Below, piece after piece: positions 20,280-34,249 of a DNA stretch of 64,000 nucleotides. Position numbers and translations under genes: made by a program. Numbering within the stretch: the stretch's first letter is position 1; each line of letters opens with the position of its first letter. The DNA is taken from positions 620,001-684,000 of the forward strand of contig JAYWIR010000049.1 of the NCBI GenBank assembly GCA_036172245.1, read 5' to 3'. This DNA comes from Raillietiella orientalis (Eukaryota). Under the pieces are notes generated by a model. That model saw only the letters and a program-made list of their open reading frames with translations. It had not been told where the DNA came from and ran no database searches.

Positions 20280-22075
20280 TATGAGAATACGGTTGTTTCT
20301 TGACTAGGCTGATGCTCCCAAGGTTTTTGGATTTTTCTGTAGATGGTTTGCTGTCATCATCCTAATCCTTCTCTCATTTTCCAGAATTGAAGTGAAACAT
20401 CAGGGCTGGCCTCCATGTTCTTCATGCTTGATTATCTTGCATGACTACCCCTCTTATTCTAGTTTGTTTCTTTGCGTTTTCTTTCTTTTCGCTTTAACAC
20501 TTGGGGAAGAATGCATAATATGACAACTTTTAACGAGACTAATCTCCACCTACTAGATGTTGAGGGATTTGAAGATTACATCTTTCTTTATTAGGCACCT
20601 GCCAAATTTCTGGGAACCTGCTGATATTTTTCGATTTTACTTGTTCTACATCTATAAAGTAGTCCATTGGCTGATTGTCTTTCCTAATTTACATTCTATG
20701 GAAATTAGTTTCCAGATGGGTCCCACGCTCCATAGCATCTTTCTCAGTTTCTTCATTTGTGGTTCTTTTAGGGAAATATCTTCCTTGGAAGCTATTTGCC
20801 AGTGTTTCTAATGGAAGATACCGTTGATGGATAAAGCGAATGAGGAGTCATTTCTGGGCGATCCACGTTTCAAGCTTCGTGAACCCATGGCCGTTAGCCG
20901 AACTGCATCTTGACTTGCAGCTCGCATTGCAGATTCTGAAGATTCCGTGAATCATTTAGAGATGTCGGCTTGACTTTTTCCTCAAGAACGATTACTTCGG
21001 ATCTTCCTCGTTATTCCTATGTTTACACCACAGTGTTACCAATTATCTGTTGATAAATTCCACTTGCTTGTTGGAGGTTTGAGACGCCATCCTCAGAATA
21101 GGAGCTGGATCCATACAGCCTTCAAATTTCGCTCTCTCGAAGTCTTTCAGTGTTATTTTCGATTCTGCTTCTCTTCATCGAGTGTTCTTCAAGTGCAAGT
21201 TCCATCAAGTGGTTGGTGAAAGTCTATGAAGGATGCGATGAGTTAGTAGGCAATGGATGCACGAGACCATAAAAATGTTCCTAATGACTTATTTCCATTC
21301 TCTCGTTCAAATACAATATCCAGTTATGTATATCCAGCTCCTTCACTTCTTCGATTATTCCTTTCGACCAAGTTCTAGCTATATAAAGCGGCGCACATGC
21401 TCGAGTCTGCCGGCTTCCATTTGAATGGCAGGTTTAGATTCTGAAGATTTTCATTTCTTCATTAAAAATGATTTCTAATACACCAAGAAGACAAGAAACC
21501 GATCGTCCATGCATGTATAAGATGTACAAAACTAGTCTCTTTCTGCGTACATTAGCCTGCCCATATTGTTACATTCCCCTTCGATGTACAGTGTTTCCAG
21601 TTCTCAAAAGAATTTTCAGTGAGCAAGCTAAGCACATGTACGGATGAGCATATCTCGTTCTCCCGCATTCTTTCCTCCAGAGATCTGCTTTCGTTGGAAA
21701 GCAGGTGGACGCTGAATTCCCCTCCAGCGAGGTGCGCCACTCTGGCGCCGGAGATCCCAAGTTCTTGGCTTTCCAGCACACCGAATAAATCCATCCTTTA
21801 GGTGAACCGATGAAAGCCATTCGGCGCGTAGGCGTTAGTCACTACGAGGTCGATATAGTCCGAGCACTTCAGAACAAGTTGGTCGACTGACCCTTCCTCG
21901 TCGTCCAGCTTGCCAACCTGCTCATCGGAGATGTGAATCTCCCGCAGGAGTGCCCAGTCGAACTGGCACAGAATAACTTTAGCCACGCTACACTTCTTCT
22001 CGCCATTGCGCAGCCCGTTGACATTCTAGCAGGCTACGCTAAAATGACGAGAGGAAGCGACTCTCCGCATTAATG
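20280..22075 (-). mobile_element. Decayed LINE ORF2 N-terminus (AP endonuclease)
   Basis: SVAC*NVNGL (cf. SWNVNGL), LLREIH (cf. LQETH), VTNAYAP (cf. NVYAP), AGGEFS (cf. GGDFN) in the correct order. Multiple stops. The low-coordinate boundary is approximate. Confidence 0.75.
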
Positions 22076-22519
22076 CTGGGAAGACGATGGCGTTTCCCTC
22101 TCCCCGTCCGGCGAGTAGCCTCCAGATAGCGCGGCAGATTCCAGAACAAGTTTGCATCCGGACTCTGCCGTGCTATTCGTCCCCGACTCCTCAGATCGCA
22201 CTCTGAGGCTGTCACGGCAGTGTCTCACTCAACAGGCTCTCACCTGCACGCCTTAGCCAGACGCGATCGCATCTTCGCGCGGGTGTCACGCTCATGGAAT
22301 CGGATTACTGATCGGAATCTGCCGCGCACAGGAGAGGCGTTTTGCCTGTCTCTGGTAACGCTACGAGACTTCAGCTGCCTCTGCCTCAGTGCTTTTGGAT
22401 GCCATCGCTTTAATCTTTTCCTCCAGAGGCAGCCACTCGGTCTCTACGCGCGATTACGACAGTTCAAGGAGCTGAAGACAAAGTATGTTTCTGTGCTTTC
22501 TTCTTTGTAGATGACTTTC

Positions 22520-23480
22520 GACTTTGCTCTGTTCACCTCTAGGTGAACAGAGCAAAGTCGTCCTTGGTTTCGGTCGGTGCTGCCTGGGCCGAACGGTCGG
22601 CCTAGATCTGCTCGAGGATTACCAAAGGAGGATGCTTGAAGTATTTTGGCGTTTTGTTGGGGGACATCTGCGTAGCAGAAGCCTGGTCCGGCCGTCTCCA
22701 AAAGGTAGAAATGGAGGTCGGCCCATTCCTGAAGGGCGAATTTTACTTGCCGAAACGGGACAGGGTCTGGAACTCCTTCGCGGCTTCCTTCCTGAGCCCC
22801 CTTCTTTTGGATTACCCTACCCCCCGTGGAATGAAAAAAAAGACCAGTGACCTCCTACGAAAAGCCCTGTGGGACAAAGGGATGTCCAGAGTCCTACTCA
22901 AAGACCTGTGTGCTCCGCGTAGGAATGGTTCACTGGGCCTCTCTACGCTGGAGCAGATGGAACGTCAGCTCCAAGTCTGAAGACTCGCCATCGCGACGAA
23001 TTTATGTACCACTCCTTTGTGTGCTTCAGCACGCCTCCTCGCCAAGCAACAACCGGTTGCGAGGAACTCCCATCGGTCCTCGTCGCCAACGAGACAAGTT
23101 TGAGGAGTTATGGCCATCAACAGCGTCAAATGGTTGTCTTGGTCAAGGAGAACATCTGTATCTTCTGCCTCCCCACGAACTGCAATGGCAGGAATCAATT
23201 ACCGCATAGGGAAACAGCACGAGAGAGGCGCAGTTCGCCTGTCTGCGACGAGGAGGCACGCTCGTCAGTCGCTGAGGGAGATGGTGACCAACCCTCGCAA
23301 GATGCTGTGGACTTCATTCACACCTACTGCTCCAGTTCTGCCCTCCCTAAGGGAAGCAAGGAACAGCAACCTTCCGGCAAGGTGGGAAATGTCATGCTGT
23401 CTTGTGCTTTCAGGACTCATCTGGGCTCAAGTGATCGTATAATGGCCAATGAGTTGTGCTCATGGAGGCTTATAACTCGT
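22520..23480 (+). mobile_element. L1/Tx1-like LINE fragment (RT C-terminus)
   Basis: LKYFGVLL (KYLG motif), RVWNSF, KALWDKGMSRVLLKDLCAPRRNGSLGL (cf. L1-type ..LC.P...GGLGL). Confidence 0.75.
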
Positions 23481-24436
23481 TGACTGAATGAAACTTCTAC
23501 TGAACCCTTCACGAGGCAATTTTTGAATATTGACTGAATCACCTCATGTTTTTCATCTACTGCATCTAGTGCACGTTACTTCTAAACTATTCTGATTATC
23601 AGATTTTGCTAATACCGAAATGTAAAAAAAGAAACAAATGCGACCATTCACCTGCATAAAAGTATTTGTTGTTTTCTTCATGCCTCTGTAATGGTTTAAG
23701 GATTTTAATAATTGGAATTATTTTGAGCTATGATTACTTGTATGTTTACAAAGAATAAATAAATTGTAATTTTATCTGAATAGCAAACTTTTGGGTTTTT
23801 AATGTAAAAAATGGTTGAAACTACAAAACGTATTCATTCTAGAACGAAGACAGTAGATTGTTTAGAAAATGCTTTCTATCTTCTACACAATATATTTAAA
23901 AGAACTCAAATAAAGATTGGAAGTCAAAAAAATTGCATGAGATCTTTAGTCCCAGTTGATTTTTAACTGAATCACATATCAAGGCAATTTATCGATGTAG
24001 CTAACTGATATCAATTTGAATTCGAATTACATGAATTAGGATCGTTTATTCTGGAATATGTACATATCTTTAAAAAATGCAGCAGCTTCAGTACATATTC
24101 ACAGTTCCCTAAAAGTTTGAATGTTTTCTATAATCCTTGAATAGTCGACTCCATTTAAGTTTACTTGTTATAACGAATATAAGGTGTTCTTCTAAGTTTT
24201 CTAAATTTTATTAGTGTGAAACACACCCGCTTCTTGTAAAGACATTCTTCTTTGCAATTCTTTGATTATGTTGTGATCTATGGCATAAATAAAAATAAGG
24301 CTTGTGAACTTTGCACACCTCATCATCTTCCCTTAACTGTATATATTGTAAGATGAAGGACGGTTTAGTATATTGCTGAGCTGCTGCAAATTAAATCATC
24401 GTGATTGCCATGGAAAAGGGAAACCGTGTTTTCCTT

Positions 24437-24519
24437 CTCGAATGAGGAGTGCACGTGCACTCCGGAATTCGAGGGTTTGGTACACATTCATAATCAAACC
24501 ACTACTGGTAAGTGTGACC
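24437..24519. promoter_or_regulatory. Candidate promoter elements upstream of MRPS27: E-box-centred palindrome and Ohler motif 1-like site
   Basis: Perfect palindrome ggagtgcacgtgcactcc at 24446-24463. agtgtgacc (reverse complement GGTCACACT) at 24511-24519. Both lie 265-340 nt upstream of the ATG in a locally CpG-containing patch. Confidence 0.4.
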
Positions 24520-24783
24520 TGTGAGTTTTCGTGTTGGAGGATTCCCTGTATTCTGAATTCTGCACTCCTGACAAGTGCTCGCGTACAACGTGCGTGGAAA
24601 CTTTGTTTCAAACTTCGTTTCCCTCGAACTATCAGGGTTTTATTACAAATGAAATTATATCTCAATTTTTTTCAAGCAGGAAATAGGACTAACATAAAAT
24701 CATGTGTCACGGGAGTTTGCTAAGTGTTCGACCATGTTTTGTTTTTTTTGTAATATATTAAGGGCAAATTATGATTATTAGTA

Positions 24784-26289
24784 ATGGCACGAAACATAGT
24801 TAAAAACGTATCCAGATTTATGTGTTGCTATCGTAGTTTTCGTAGCAACCATCAACCAAAAGGTTTTCTTCCTGATACATACACTTGTGATACAGTATGG
24901 AATTCAAGACTTTCATCTTTGAATTTGCCATCAATAAACATAGGTATTGTAGAAATAGAAGAGTGCTTACAAGATGACATTTTTTTTTAATTTTTTTGTA
25001 GAGGATCACATTTCGAAAATCACAAAAACTCTTGTAAAAACCCAAAAGGCAAACCCAGTTGATGTAGATATCGTAAGTTATGACAGTAATAAATCTTTGT
25101 TGCAATACTGCTGGTTTAGATTGTTCACAGCCTTGATCATGAGATAGAAATTCATGATCAGCTATTAGAGATGTTGCACAAATTTCGGCATTCACCGCAG
25201 ACATATCACACATTTGCCTCAACTCATCATGCTGTTGTAAGGTATTTTCTAGCAACTGGCAAAGCCCAAGAATTGCTCCCGTATTTGAATGATCGATTCA
25301 ACTTTGGAATTTTTCCAGACTGCTATGCCATTAATATGTTGATGGACCATTTTCTGAAATCAGAAAGCTACAAAAGTGAGTCACAAGCATACTTGCTTGC
25401 TGATAATTACAAGTATTAGGTGCAAGTGAAGTAGCCAGTTTGCTAATGTTGCAGGAAGATTGGAGCCACCCAATTTCTTGTTGGATGGGCCTGTACTCAT
25501 GCTTGAGATGTGCTTTAGATTCCAAGCTATGGGAAGATGATGACAAGGCAGATGAGAAGAAAGAGGAAGAAGAAGAGGAAGAGGAAGAGATCATTTACAA
25601 AAGAGTTGTGATGCTGAGAAATCCATACTTTGATAATCATTTTGATTTGCGAGAAAGTGCACATTTACTAGGGAAAAGTTTGGCATGGATGGCTGAAGGA
25701 AACAGTTTAGAAGAGAACAGTTGTCGTTTGTTAGGCTGGGCTTTATTTGATGACTGGGAAAGTTGCCAACGGGAACTAGAAGCATGCAAACCATTAGCTA
25801 AAGATGCAGTGAGTGCTCTCAAATTCTAATTTCAGTTACTATTTTTTGTTCTCTTAGGTGGATCAAGTTAGGAGTATATTGGAAAAAAGACCAAATAGTG
25901 AGATTTTTAACAAGGAAAAATGGGAGTCTATCTTGTTTCCAATGCTGAATGCAACAGCTAGTCATGTGACCCAAGATCCCCTTTTGACTTTGCTTGCACA
26001 ACGAGTACATGATGTTGTGCAGGAAAATACTCAGAGAGATCAGGAGCAGTTAACAGCTTTATATCATAAGTGGGAAGAATATCGCAAAAACCGTTTACAG
26101 GAACAATTTTTGATGCTAGAAAGAGAGAAACTCAAGTTGCAAAATCAGAAGTTAAGGGAAGAATTACAAAATGAAGAAGACTTGTTGTTCTTCTTTGAAA
26201 ATCAAGAACAATGGGAAGAAGATGCAGAAAAATGGGAAAAGATAGTTGATAGTAAACTTGAACCAGAAAATTATGTTCCTCCACATTGA
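24784..26289 (+). CDS. MRPS27: Mitochondrial small ribosomal subunit protein mS27
   Basis: Exons 24784-24943, 25002-25072, 25120-25375, 25420-25808, 25858-26289 (all GT-AG) in frame. Motifs KFRHSP, HAVVRYFL, FGIFPD..NMLMDHFL, LMLQE, acidic tract, LRNPYFDNHFDL, coiled C-terminus, basic presequence-like N-terminus. Confidence 0.9.
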
Positions 26290-27707
26290 AACTGGATACA
26301 CATTTTTGTGTTTCGTATCCATATTTGAAGGATGCGCTTGTATTTAGTGGTAGGTGATCCAATGAAGTTTGCTCCATCAACTGCAAAAGAAAAATGTGCT
26401 ACCTTTAAATATCCTCATTTATTGCATAAGAGAATTCTTCCATCTCCAATTTGAACCTTTAGTTAAGAATTTGCAGAAACTGTTATGGATGTAGAGGATT
26501 AGATTTAATTTAATTTTATGTTTAATAAATTGTTGGAATGAAAATTGTCAATTGTTACTAGAGTGTGCAGGTTTTTAAATGAAAGGCTCTCTCCAAACAC
26601 AGCACATGTAAAAATAAAAAGGACTAAAAATGGGAAAGATTGCAAATGAAATGAAGGACAGTGGACTATTTTTCTATCTAAGGTGGAATTTTTTATGCAG
26701 GTCTTTGCTTTAGTAGCATACTTGATACTGCTTCCTTTGCAGTATTCTAGGATCTCTGGTTCATTTTCATTTGGTACACTTTGTAAACTTGGATTTTTGT
26801 GGTCCCACTTTCTAACATTTGACTGGATATGCTTTATTTCCAGGATTACATATTCAGTGTTGATGCCTTTAAGCAGTTTTCTTTGCATGACCATCTATAA
26901 AGTGAGATTTTTAAAAGGAAAGTTCAGAAATGACATACCATGGCACTTTACTGTTACAAATGAAAACTCCCAAGCAAACCTGGCAACTGCAGCAATTGCT
27001 GCAGAACTAAATCCAGGTTAGGTAAAAGTGATGAAAGATATTCAAAATGCAATGCAAATCATTTAAAATGCCTATTGGTGTTCCCTCATTTTCAGAACTA
27101 AACCACTGATATCAGGAATTCAATTTCTTTGCCCAAATTTTATTAAAAAACTTGTTTTTAAATCTAGCCTATGGTGCATACTATTTTAATAGTGGGTTCA
27201 GGAACAACGTAAAAGCCCTTATTGCAACTTTATGTAGTGTTTCTACTTATTTCTTCATAGTGTTTTATTTTGCAGAAGTTTGAAGGATTAAGTTTGTTGA
27301 ATACAATTAATTTTAGGTTGAAATAGGAAAAATTTTAGCTATAACATTTCAAGAAGACTTTCCAACTTTCAGTCAATACTTCTATAGTTATGCAAAACAA
27401 AGTTGAACAGTGTAGGACAAAGAGTGAAGAGGGTCCAAAACAGGTTGTGCTGAAGTAACTTATTTCAAAATACCAGTATCAGACTAATAATCTGTCATCC
27501 TAACAAATTAATTTGAAAGTCATCATTTTTCGATTAGATCAATATTTGTTTGCTTGCAAATTTACAAAATTACCATGATATGCCATAGTTGTTATAGCAA
27601 CTGACCTAAGATATGAACATCATCATCATCATCATACTGACCATCACATTTGAAAAAATGTACCTATGCAGCATAGTCTTCTAAATATCACCGGCTCCAT
27701 GGTACTC

Positions 27708-27772
27708 AATGGAGGGTCTCCCTCCAGCGGAGAGGGGAGACTCTATGTGCAACACTGGAGAGGAACCCTGAA
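27708..27772 (-). repeat. Short fragment of repeat family R1
   Basis: tggagggtctccctccagcggagagggg..ctggagaggaaccctgaag resembles 6351-6415 in the same orientation. Confidence 0.5.
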
Positions 27773-28960
27773 GTGCAGTGTTTTGTTGGAAAGTAGTGAG
27801 AAAGGGACACATATAACAGTGGGAGAACAAGCAGAAGAATAACCATTGGAGTTGCTCTCATAATGTAATGGAATGGCATTTTGTTGTCATCTCAAGCCAA
27901 AGAGAAAAAGGAGCAGTGCCTGTATTATAAGAGAAGGCTCCATCATATTCAACCAACTCGTTAACTCCTGGAAGAATCCCAGTTGGTCAACTTCCAATCC
28001 TGGCCACTCAACAGAAGCATCCAGCTTCCACCAGTGCTGCACCCAAATATAGGCCAACCAGTCATGTTGGGGGGGAAACACAAAACCTAGGTCGCCCCTA
28101 TTTCTGTATGTCGATCCTTTACAGGTATTTAAACCCACAATGCTTGGTACCACGCACAGAGACTGTAGCCATACAGCCTCCAATGCTGGCCCCCTAATAA
28201 ACTTTGCTGCTATCAATGCTGCAGGGGCAGTGCATCTCTCACAAAGAGGTGCTTGATAACATCCACCAGGAAGCTGGAGATCTGTTCAGAAAAGGCCCCA
28301 TACCAGCCAGAGGGTGACACAATCTATCAACAGGTGCGGGAAGAACTCAGCTTCCTCACACTTGGCACAATGTAGATTTGCGCTTTCCCTGATCTAGTGA
28401 ATTGGTGAGCATTGTGAGGGAGCATCCAATGCAACTGTTGAGAAGCTGAGTCCTGCCACTTACAGGAAAGCATGGAACTGTCCACGAACAGCAAGGGTTC
28501 TCCACATACAACATGTATCTGCAGGCATACTGCAACTCCAACTACTACTGTTCAGCACCTGGCAGAATACAGACCTCCAGGCCAAGTGGCAAATCTGGCA
28601 GTGCAGGGCAGCCTGCTTAATGAATGAGGGCTCGGATGCCACAGAGATGAGGTGCAGACTTGTGCTCACTTAGACAAGTGCACAAGTGCACCTTCAGAGA
28701 ACATCTTGCAGCAGTGGCTGCTGTCAAGCACTCTTGTGCTTGGGTGCGAGTTGTGAAAAAGCTTCAGTGAGCCTTTGACATTAATCGCAATCATGGGTTT
28801 GAAGAGGCGTAAAGTACCAGTGGTGACCTGCCAGCAGTTTCATCAGTGCAACATTTGCTTTGTTGAGTGGTAGACATCTGATAGTACACCAATGAACAAG
28901 GTCTACTCAGTGAATGGGCCAGGTGCCCATCTCATACCCATCAGCCCAACATCTTTTGAA
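27772..28960 (-). mobile_element. 3' part of a LINE (CCHC zinc finger plus 3' UTR), CpG-depleted
   Basis: Minus-strand HCAKCEEAEFFPHLLIDC at about 28375-28322 fits C-x2-C-x7-H-x4-C. Segment 27772-27937 is repeated at 37431-37595. Confidence 0.7.
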
Positions 28961-30499
28961 ATAACTGATCCAGTAACATTGAAGTATCAATACACATGAA
29001 ATTGCTTTGATCCTTTACTTTTGTGGCTGTGTAAAACTAAATGAAAAAATTCGTTTTTTCAACTAATGTACTTTCAAATAAAATAAAACACGCTGAAATT
29101 CCAATAAAAAAATCATAAGGTTATCCACATCCTTGAAGTTCAATTCCTTTGGAATTTTTATATAAGAGAATAAGAATGCGGTATTAAAATCAAAATATGC
29201 TAACATATGTTCAGAATTACATAGTTTGAAAAAAAGTGCGATGCAAAATGCTGATAAGTCAATTAAGCTCATTCAATAATATATCATAGATTTCGAAAAT
29301 CACTCATCAGACTTTTAATTATGAGTAGTTAACAAACATTAGAGCTCACTTCTTATCCAAGTGATTGTGGAAAGCAGGTAATCCCACTCAATTTCCGTTG
29401 AAATCATAACCCAATTACACTCTGAATAATAAAAAGATTGGAGAAACTATTAGTATGGAGAAACATGGAGAAACTATAGTAACTAGCTTTAAACAGGTTT
29501 CCAAAACATCTGTATTAAACACCTATCATTTTAAAATAATTATGTTACTGTTTCATCTGAACACTTGCCTGAACAACTGTAAAGCAACATCAGTTCGAGT
29601 TACTTCGATCAATTTTACTTAAAATAAAAAATTCAGATTGTTCATAAGTCCCCTGTAATTTTGCAAGTTTTCAAACATTGCCACTTTTGAGTGTTCTGAC
29701 TCAGGAATGTACATTTTTAATCTAATCTACATGAAACACAGAACACACTTTATGAAACACAGAACTTCCTTTGTTATTCTTTTATTAATCTTTCTTCATC
29801 CCCTTAAGCTCATCACTTTGTAATTCACTTCTGTGAACAGTACAAACAGATAAGTAACAAAGCTTATGTTGGAAGTTCAGCAATATACTTAGCTGTAAAG
29901 CATGAACGTTCATGTCTCTACAAAATCAGTTATGTTGGCATCAACTTTACATAGCTCTTTTCATTCTGCAACATGAAATAACGAATATTCAGATGCTAAG
30001 TACTTGAAAAAAATAGGTCCACGATAATCCAAATGTATAAAGAACACATGACAGGCATGCTTGCTGCCCATGAATGCAAAAGCATTATTCATTGATTTAA
30101 AATTCGAGAATTGTCTTAATATCATCAATATTTTCATTAATAAAAATTGAAGAATTTACATGTAATGAAATCTTTGATAATTTGCTTTTTAATCTATCCT
30201 TATCAATTCAAATAATTTTAGCATCCTAGAAAAACCTTAACCAGTAAGAAGCTAATCTGAACTGTCCTTATTTGAAATTCACCGATATTAACACTTTTCT
30301 GATTGCAAAGTGACACAAATAACTATGATATAATTCATATTATTCAACTTACAGGAATAATAAATGGCCATGTCCTCTATATGTTGCTACATAAAAAAAA
30401 AAATCACCTTCAAACAGATGAATGACAAGCTTAGCACAACAGGCACTGATTTTATCAAAAGTGACACAGTATACTATTAAAATTCTCTACATAGAAAGG

Positions 30500-31602
30500 T
30501 TAATATTTATCTGGGGGCTTAAAAACAATTTTTCTGGTCTTCATAGGAGCAAACACTCTCCTCTTCCAAACATATATACAAATACTTAAGACAGATAGTA
30601 AGATACATCCTTTAAAACCCAATCTTTTGCGTGCATCATGTTCCTGTTCCCCTGACCATTTGAGAAATGTAGCAACATCTTTGGCCATTTGTGAAGCTGT
30701 TGCTGGTGTACCATCATCGTACTCAATAGTATTGTTATAAAGTGACTGAGCCATGCCAATTGCTCCTCCTGAGAAATAAGGATTGAAATGCTGTCCTTCC
30801 TCAATTGTAACCCCAGCTGGGGGATCACAGTATCCAGTCAGCAGTGAGAAAATATAGTCCTGTAAGCATGTTTTTATACTACTGCTGTGATTGATAAGAA
30901 CTCTTACCTCATTACCAGCACGGCCTGGCACAATCAGAGACAAATCAGGAGGAAGAGCTCCATTATTTGCTGCTCTAGCTGCTTCTTCATTAGGATATGG
31001 AGAAGGAAGATAGTCAGACAGTTTTCCTGGTCTATCATACATTTCTCCTATCTCATTTGGACCATCTTTAATCATGCAATCCTCTGCTTCTGCTTTAGCT
31101 TCATGCTCAGTATGAGTAACACCAACTAATTCTCGAAAGGCTACATACTGTAGACTATGACAAGCAGCACATACTTGTTTGTATACTTGATAACCACGTC
31201 GAACACTAAAATTGTCTCAAATCATATTTGAAAGGCGTAAATTTACCTCTCATGATCTAGTGTTGATAGCAGACTACGGTGACTCCAAGGATACTTTGGT
31301 GGCTCAAGTAACAACTCATTTGCTTTCACTGCTTCATTGATTGTATATGAAATACCAGCAACACCTGCTGTTGTTAGACCCAAAATACCAAAATACTAGA
31401 AGAATTATTAAATTTGACTATTTAAGTAACACTTACAAGCTTTCTTTTCATAGAGGATATATTAAAAAATGATGAAAAGTTGGCAACCTATAAATACAAT
31501 AATTAAAGAATATATACACACTTATCATTGCTTAACCTGAGAATATTGGCCATATCTTTTCAACAAAGGTTGCTTTAAAATATACAAGTTCACACTTGCC
31601 AT
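30500..31602 (-). CDS. CYC1: Cytochrome c1, heme protein, mitochondrial
   Basis: Five exons with introns of about 40-50 nt: presequence [16 protein letters not shown].., [25 protein letters not shown] (CxxCH heme motif), [33 protein letters not shown] (axial Met), [15 protein letters not shown]-terminal TM helix. Stop is TAA. Confidence 0.97.
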
Positions 31603-34249
31603 GAGATCATCAACTCAATGTAGCATTTTTTAAGATAATAAGCTGAAAGGCATCACTACATGAACATAACACATTATAGAATTGAGGAGAATGCAAATAT
31701 GAAGACTATGAAGGCAAACAAACTTCAATCTTTTCATAATCTTGAATCGATGATTTTGTATGAAGTTTCTGTAAATTTTAGACATGCATTACATTTGTTA
31801 AAGATTGTATAGAGTACCACAAGTGATCAAGGTGGACAGAAATATCATGTTTTTAATTAATCTTAACTTTCATGAAGAGACCACACAATATGAGTAACTC
31901 ATCAGTGAAATACTCTATGATAACAGAAAGAGTTAAGAACTGTTGTAAAGTTGCAAGTGAGATTAACATTACTTAAAAAACTAAATGTTAGATCTTTCAA
32001 AAATAAGCTGCCAAGAAAGACAGCAGTCACAGAAACAAATTAAAACTAAAAGGCTTAAAAGGCGTCTGCTAAATCAACAACAGCTCTTAAACACGAAGCC
32101 ATTGATGGAATAGTAATGCATAGACTAGCAGTCAAAACTACCATGCGTATACAATTATTCACTTGGAAAATAGTTTCACATGAATTCGTGGCATTCACAG
32201 CTCACAAAATATCATTACTTCCTCATTGTCTGAATTTATGGCCGAATTTATACCGATGGATAACTATGATATGATGTCTAAAAGTTTCATAGAACGTAAC
32301 CCTCATATTACTTCCTTTCACGTCCCGGGTAACATTACGAATCCAAATATTACTCCGAAAGGCAATTGCTTCCGGTTACCAAACATTAACGGTCATATGT
32401 TATTTAAAAAAACATCGATTAAACCTACTGAATGAACTGTAAAATCCATATTTCAAGAAACACATAGACGTAAAATTATTCGTGAATAATTCATTAATTT
32501 AGAAAATAAATCTCTTCTTTCGATTTTTAAGTAACATTAACAGTATGCTTTAAAGGGGAAAAAATGCTATCTTAATGATTTTATTGGTTCTGTTACATTC
32601 TTCAGTTTATTCGACAAGTTTATTTTTAAACACTCATAATTTTCACAGGTATCGTATCAAAGAAGAACAAAGCATTTCAGCTCAACAGCTTTTAGAGAAT
32701 TTCAGAGACAACATTGGACAGCAGCCATGCTAGGTATTGTGAGTTCTTACTTGCAGTGCTATTAGAGGTATTGCTCTTTAATTTTCTTCTGTATACAAAA
32801 TAATAAGAAATACAGAGTGCATATTTTTAATTTTCAAAGATTAATAAAAAATGATTTATGCTTTACGCTTATATTTGTGTTTCTTAGCAGTGCTCTTCAA
32901 TTAAAGGTAAAGTAATTACTAGTTTCTCATGGGATATTGCAATAGTTTCATAAAAAAGGGTTCCATAGAGCTACAACTTCTGGGAATACCACACACACGT
33001 GGCAATTGTGAAAGCTCCGGCCATCTTAAGAGGTAATCTGCCATCGACTGCTTTCGCTGAGCTAGCAAGGGCATGTTGAACTCATGTATCGGAAGCTGAT
33101 TCCGGAATCAAATCGAAAGCAGAGCGGCAGGCTGTCAAAACCACTCACGGCAATAAATTCCTAGTACACGACCGCTTTGTTTAAAACTAAAGACCTTATC
33201 TATCGGCCAAGTAAGGAGACCGACGTGTAAAAGGTTGCGTTGTAAACAAGGAATAATGAGAATTAAAGAAATACAAAGCAAGTAACAAGAAGAAAGGAAA
33301 AAAGCAGTGTTAGCAGGTGATTAAGCAGAGCGCTAATCAATCCGAGATCTTCACAAGCACTAAAGAATCCCTCTCAATGGGAACGAACACCACACGACGG
33401 AAGGCGAGAGTGCATAATAGTGTGCAGAGAATTGTCAGTGAGACAGGCCTGTGGAACAGGTCCCTCGACCGCTTCTACACCCCATGTCGAAGCCTCGCCA
33501 CTCTCTCGGAGCCAAGTAGGTTGCAGCATGAGCTGGTACAGACTTACCAGGATGAGGCTCGTCAGAGATAGAAACAGGAATTATGACTACTTCTGTAAGA
33601 CTCGGAGATTGAATATGGAGCTTTAATGGAGAGCAACACCCAATTACCGTATTTGGTCGCCACCCTAAACTCAAGGGAAAGACCCGACGCACGGCAGTAG
33701 AACGTCCACTTCGAGAATATTATCTTCTAACAGTAAATCCATGTCGATCGCCTCCCAAGATGCTTCCATAGATAGGCGAGTGGCAGAGACAGATCCTGGC
33801 ATAAGAGAGCACCAATGAGCCACAAACTCCTGACCCAATGAGACCCTGCATAATCATTGCTGGCTAATCACAAGGGAAAATTCTATTATCAATTTCTGAG
33901 CCATTGGGCATAAACTCGTTTTTTCTGTAGCCTTCTGGAACATTGATGAACTACACAATGATGAGAAGCGGCAAGCTGTAGCAGAAACTCCGAGCTGTTT
34001 TGACTCATGCTGGTTCATGCAATCTCCAGGGATTCGTTTGTAAAGATCGAAAAGAAAACAGTAATTACGTTATACTAAGTAGTGGCTCTGCACTCAGGTA
34101 AAAAGCAAAATAGAATATCTGGTGCCTGGTTCGATGGGTTGTGTGGAGTTGGACAGCTTACTGCTCGATGGTCTTTGGCTTGACCAAAAAATATCCGAGT
34201 GCGAATGTTTTTTTTTTACTATTTTTACATCCTTTTCTATGTAAATGAG

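Noticed and set aside
23850..24400. Possible minus-strand gene divergent from MRPS27
   Set aside because: Splice-like signals exist, but I could only join a very short peptide with no recognisable similarity.
26505..27010. Minus-strand ORF and exon-like pair (SAAIAAVARFAWEFSFV..)
   Set aside because: No upstream exons could be joined in frame and no family was recognised.
32226..32735. Possible plus-strand gene divergent from CYC1
   Set aside because: A short ORF and one exon-like segment that I cannot link or identify.
32980..33900. Possible LTR or gag remnant
   Set aside because: No second LTR, PBS or protein motif could be identified.
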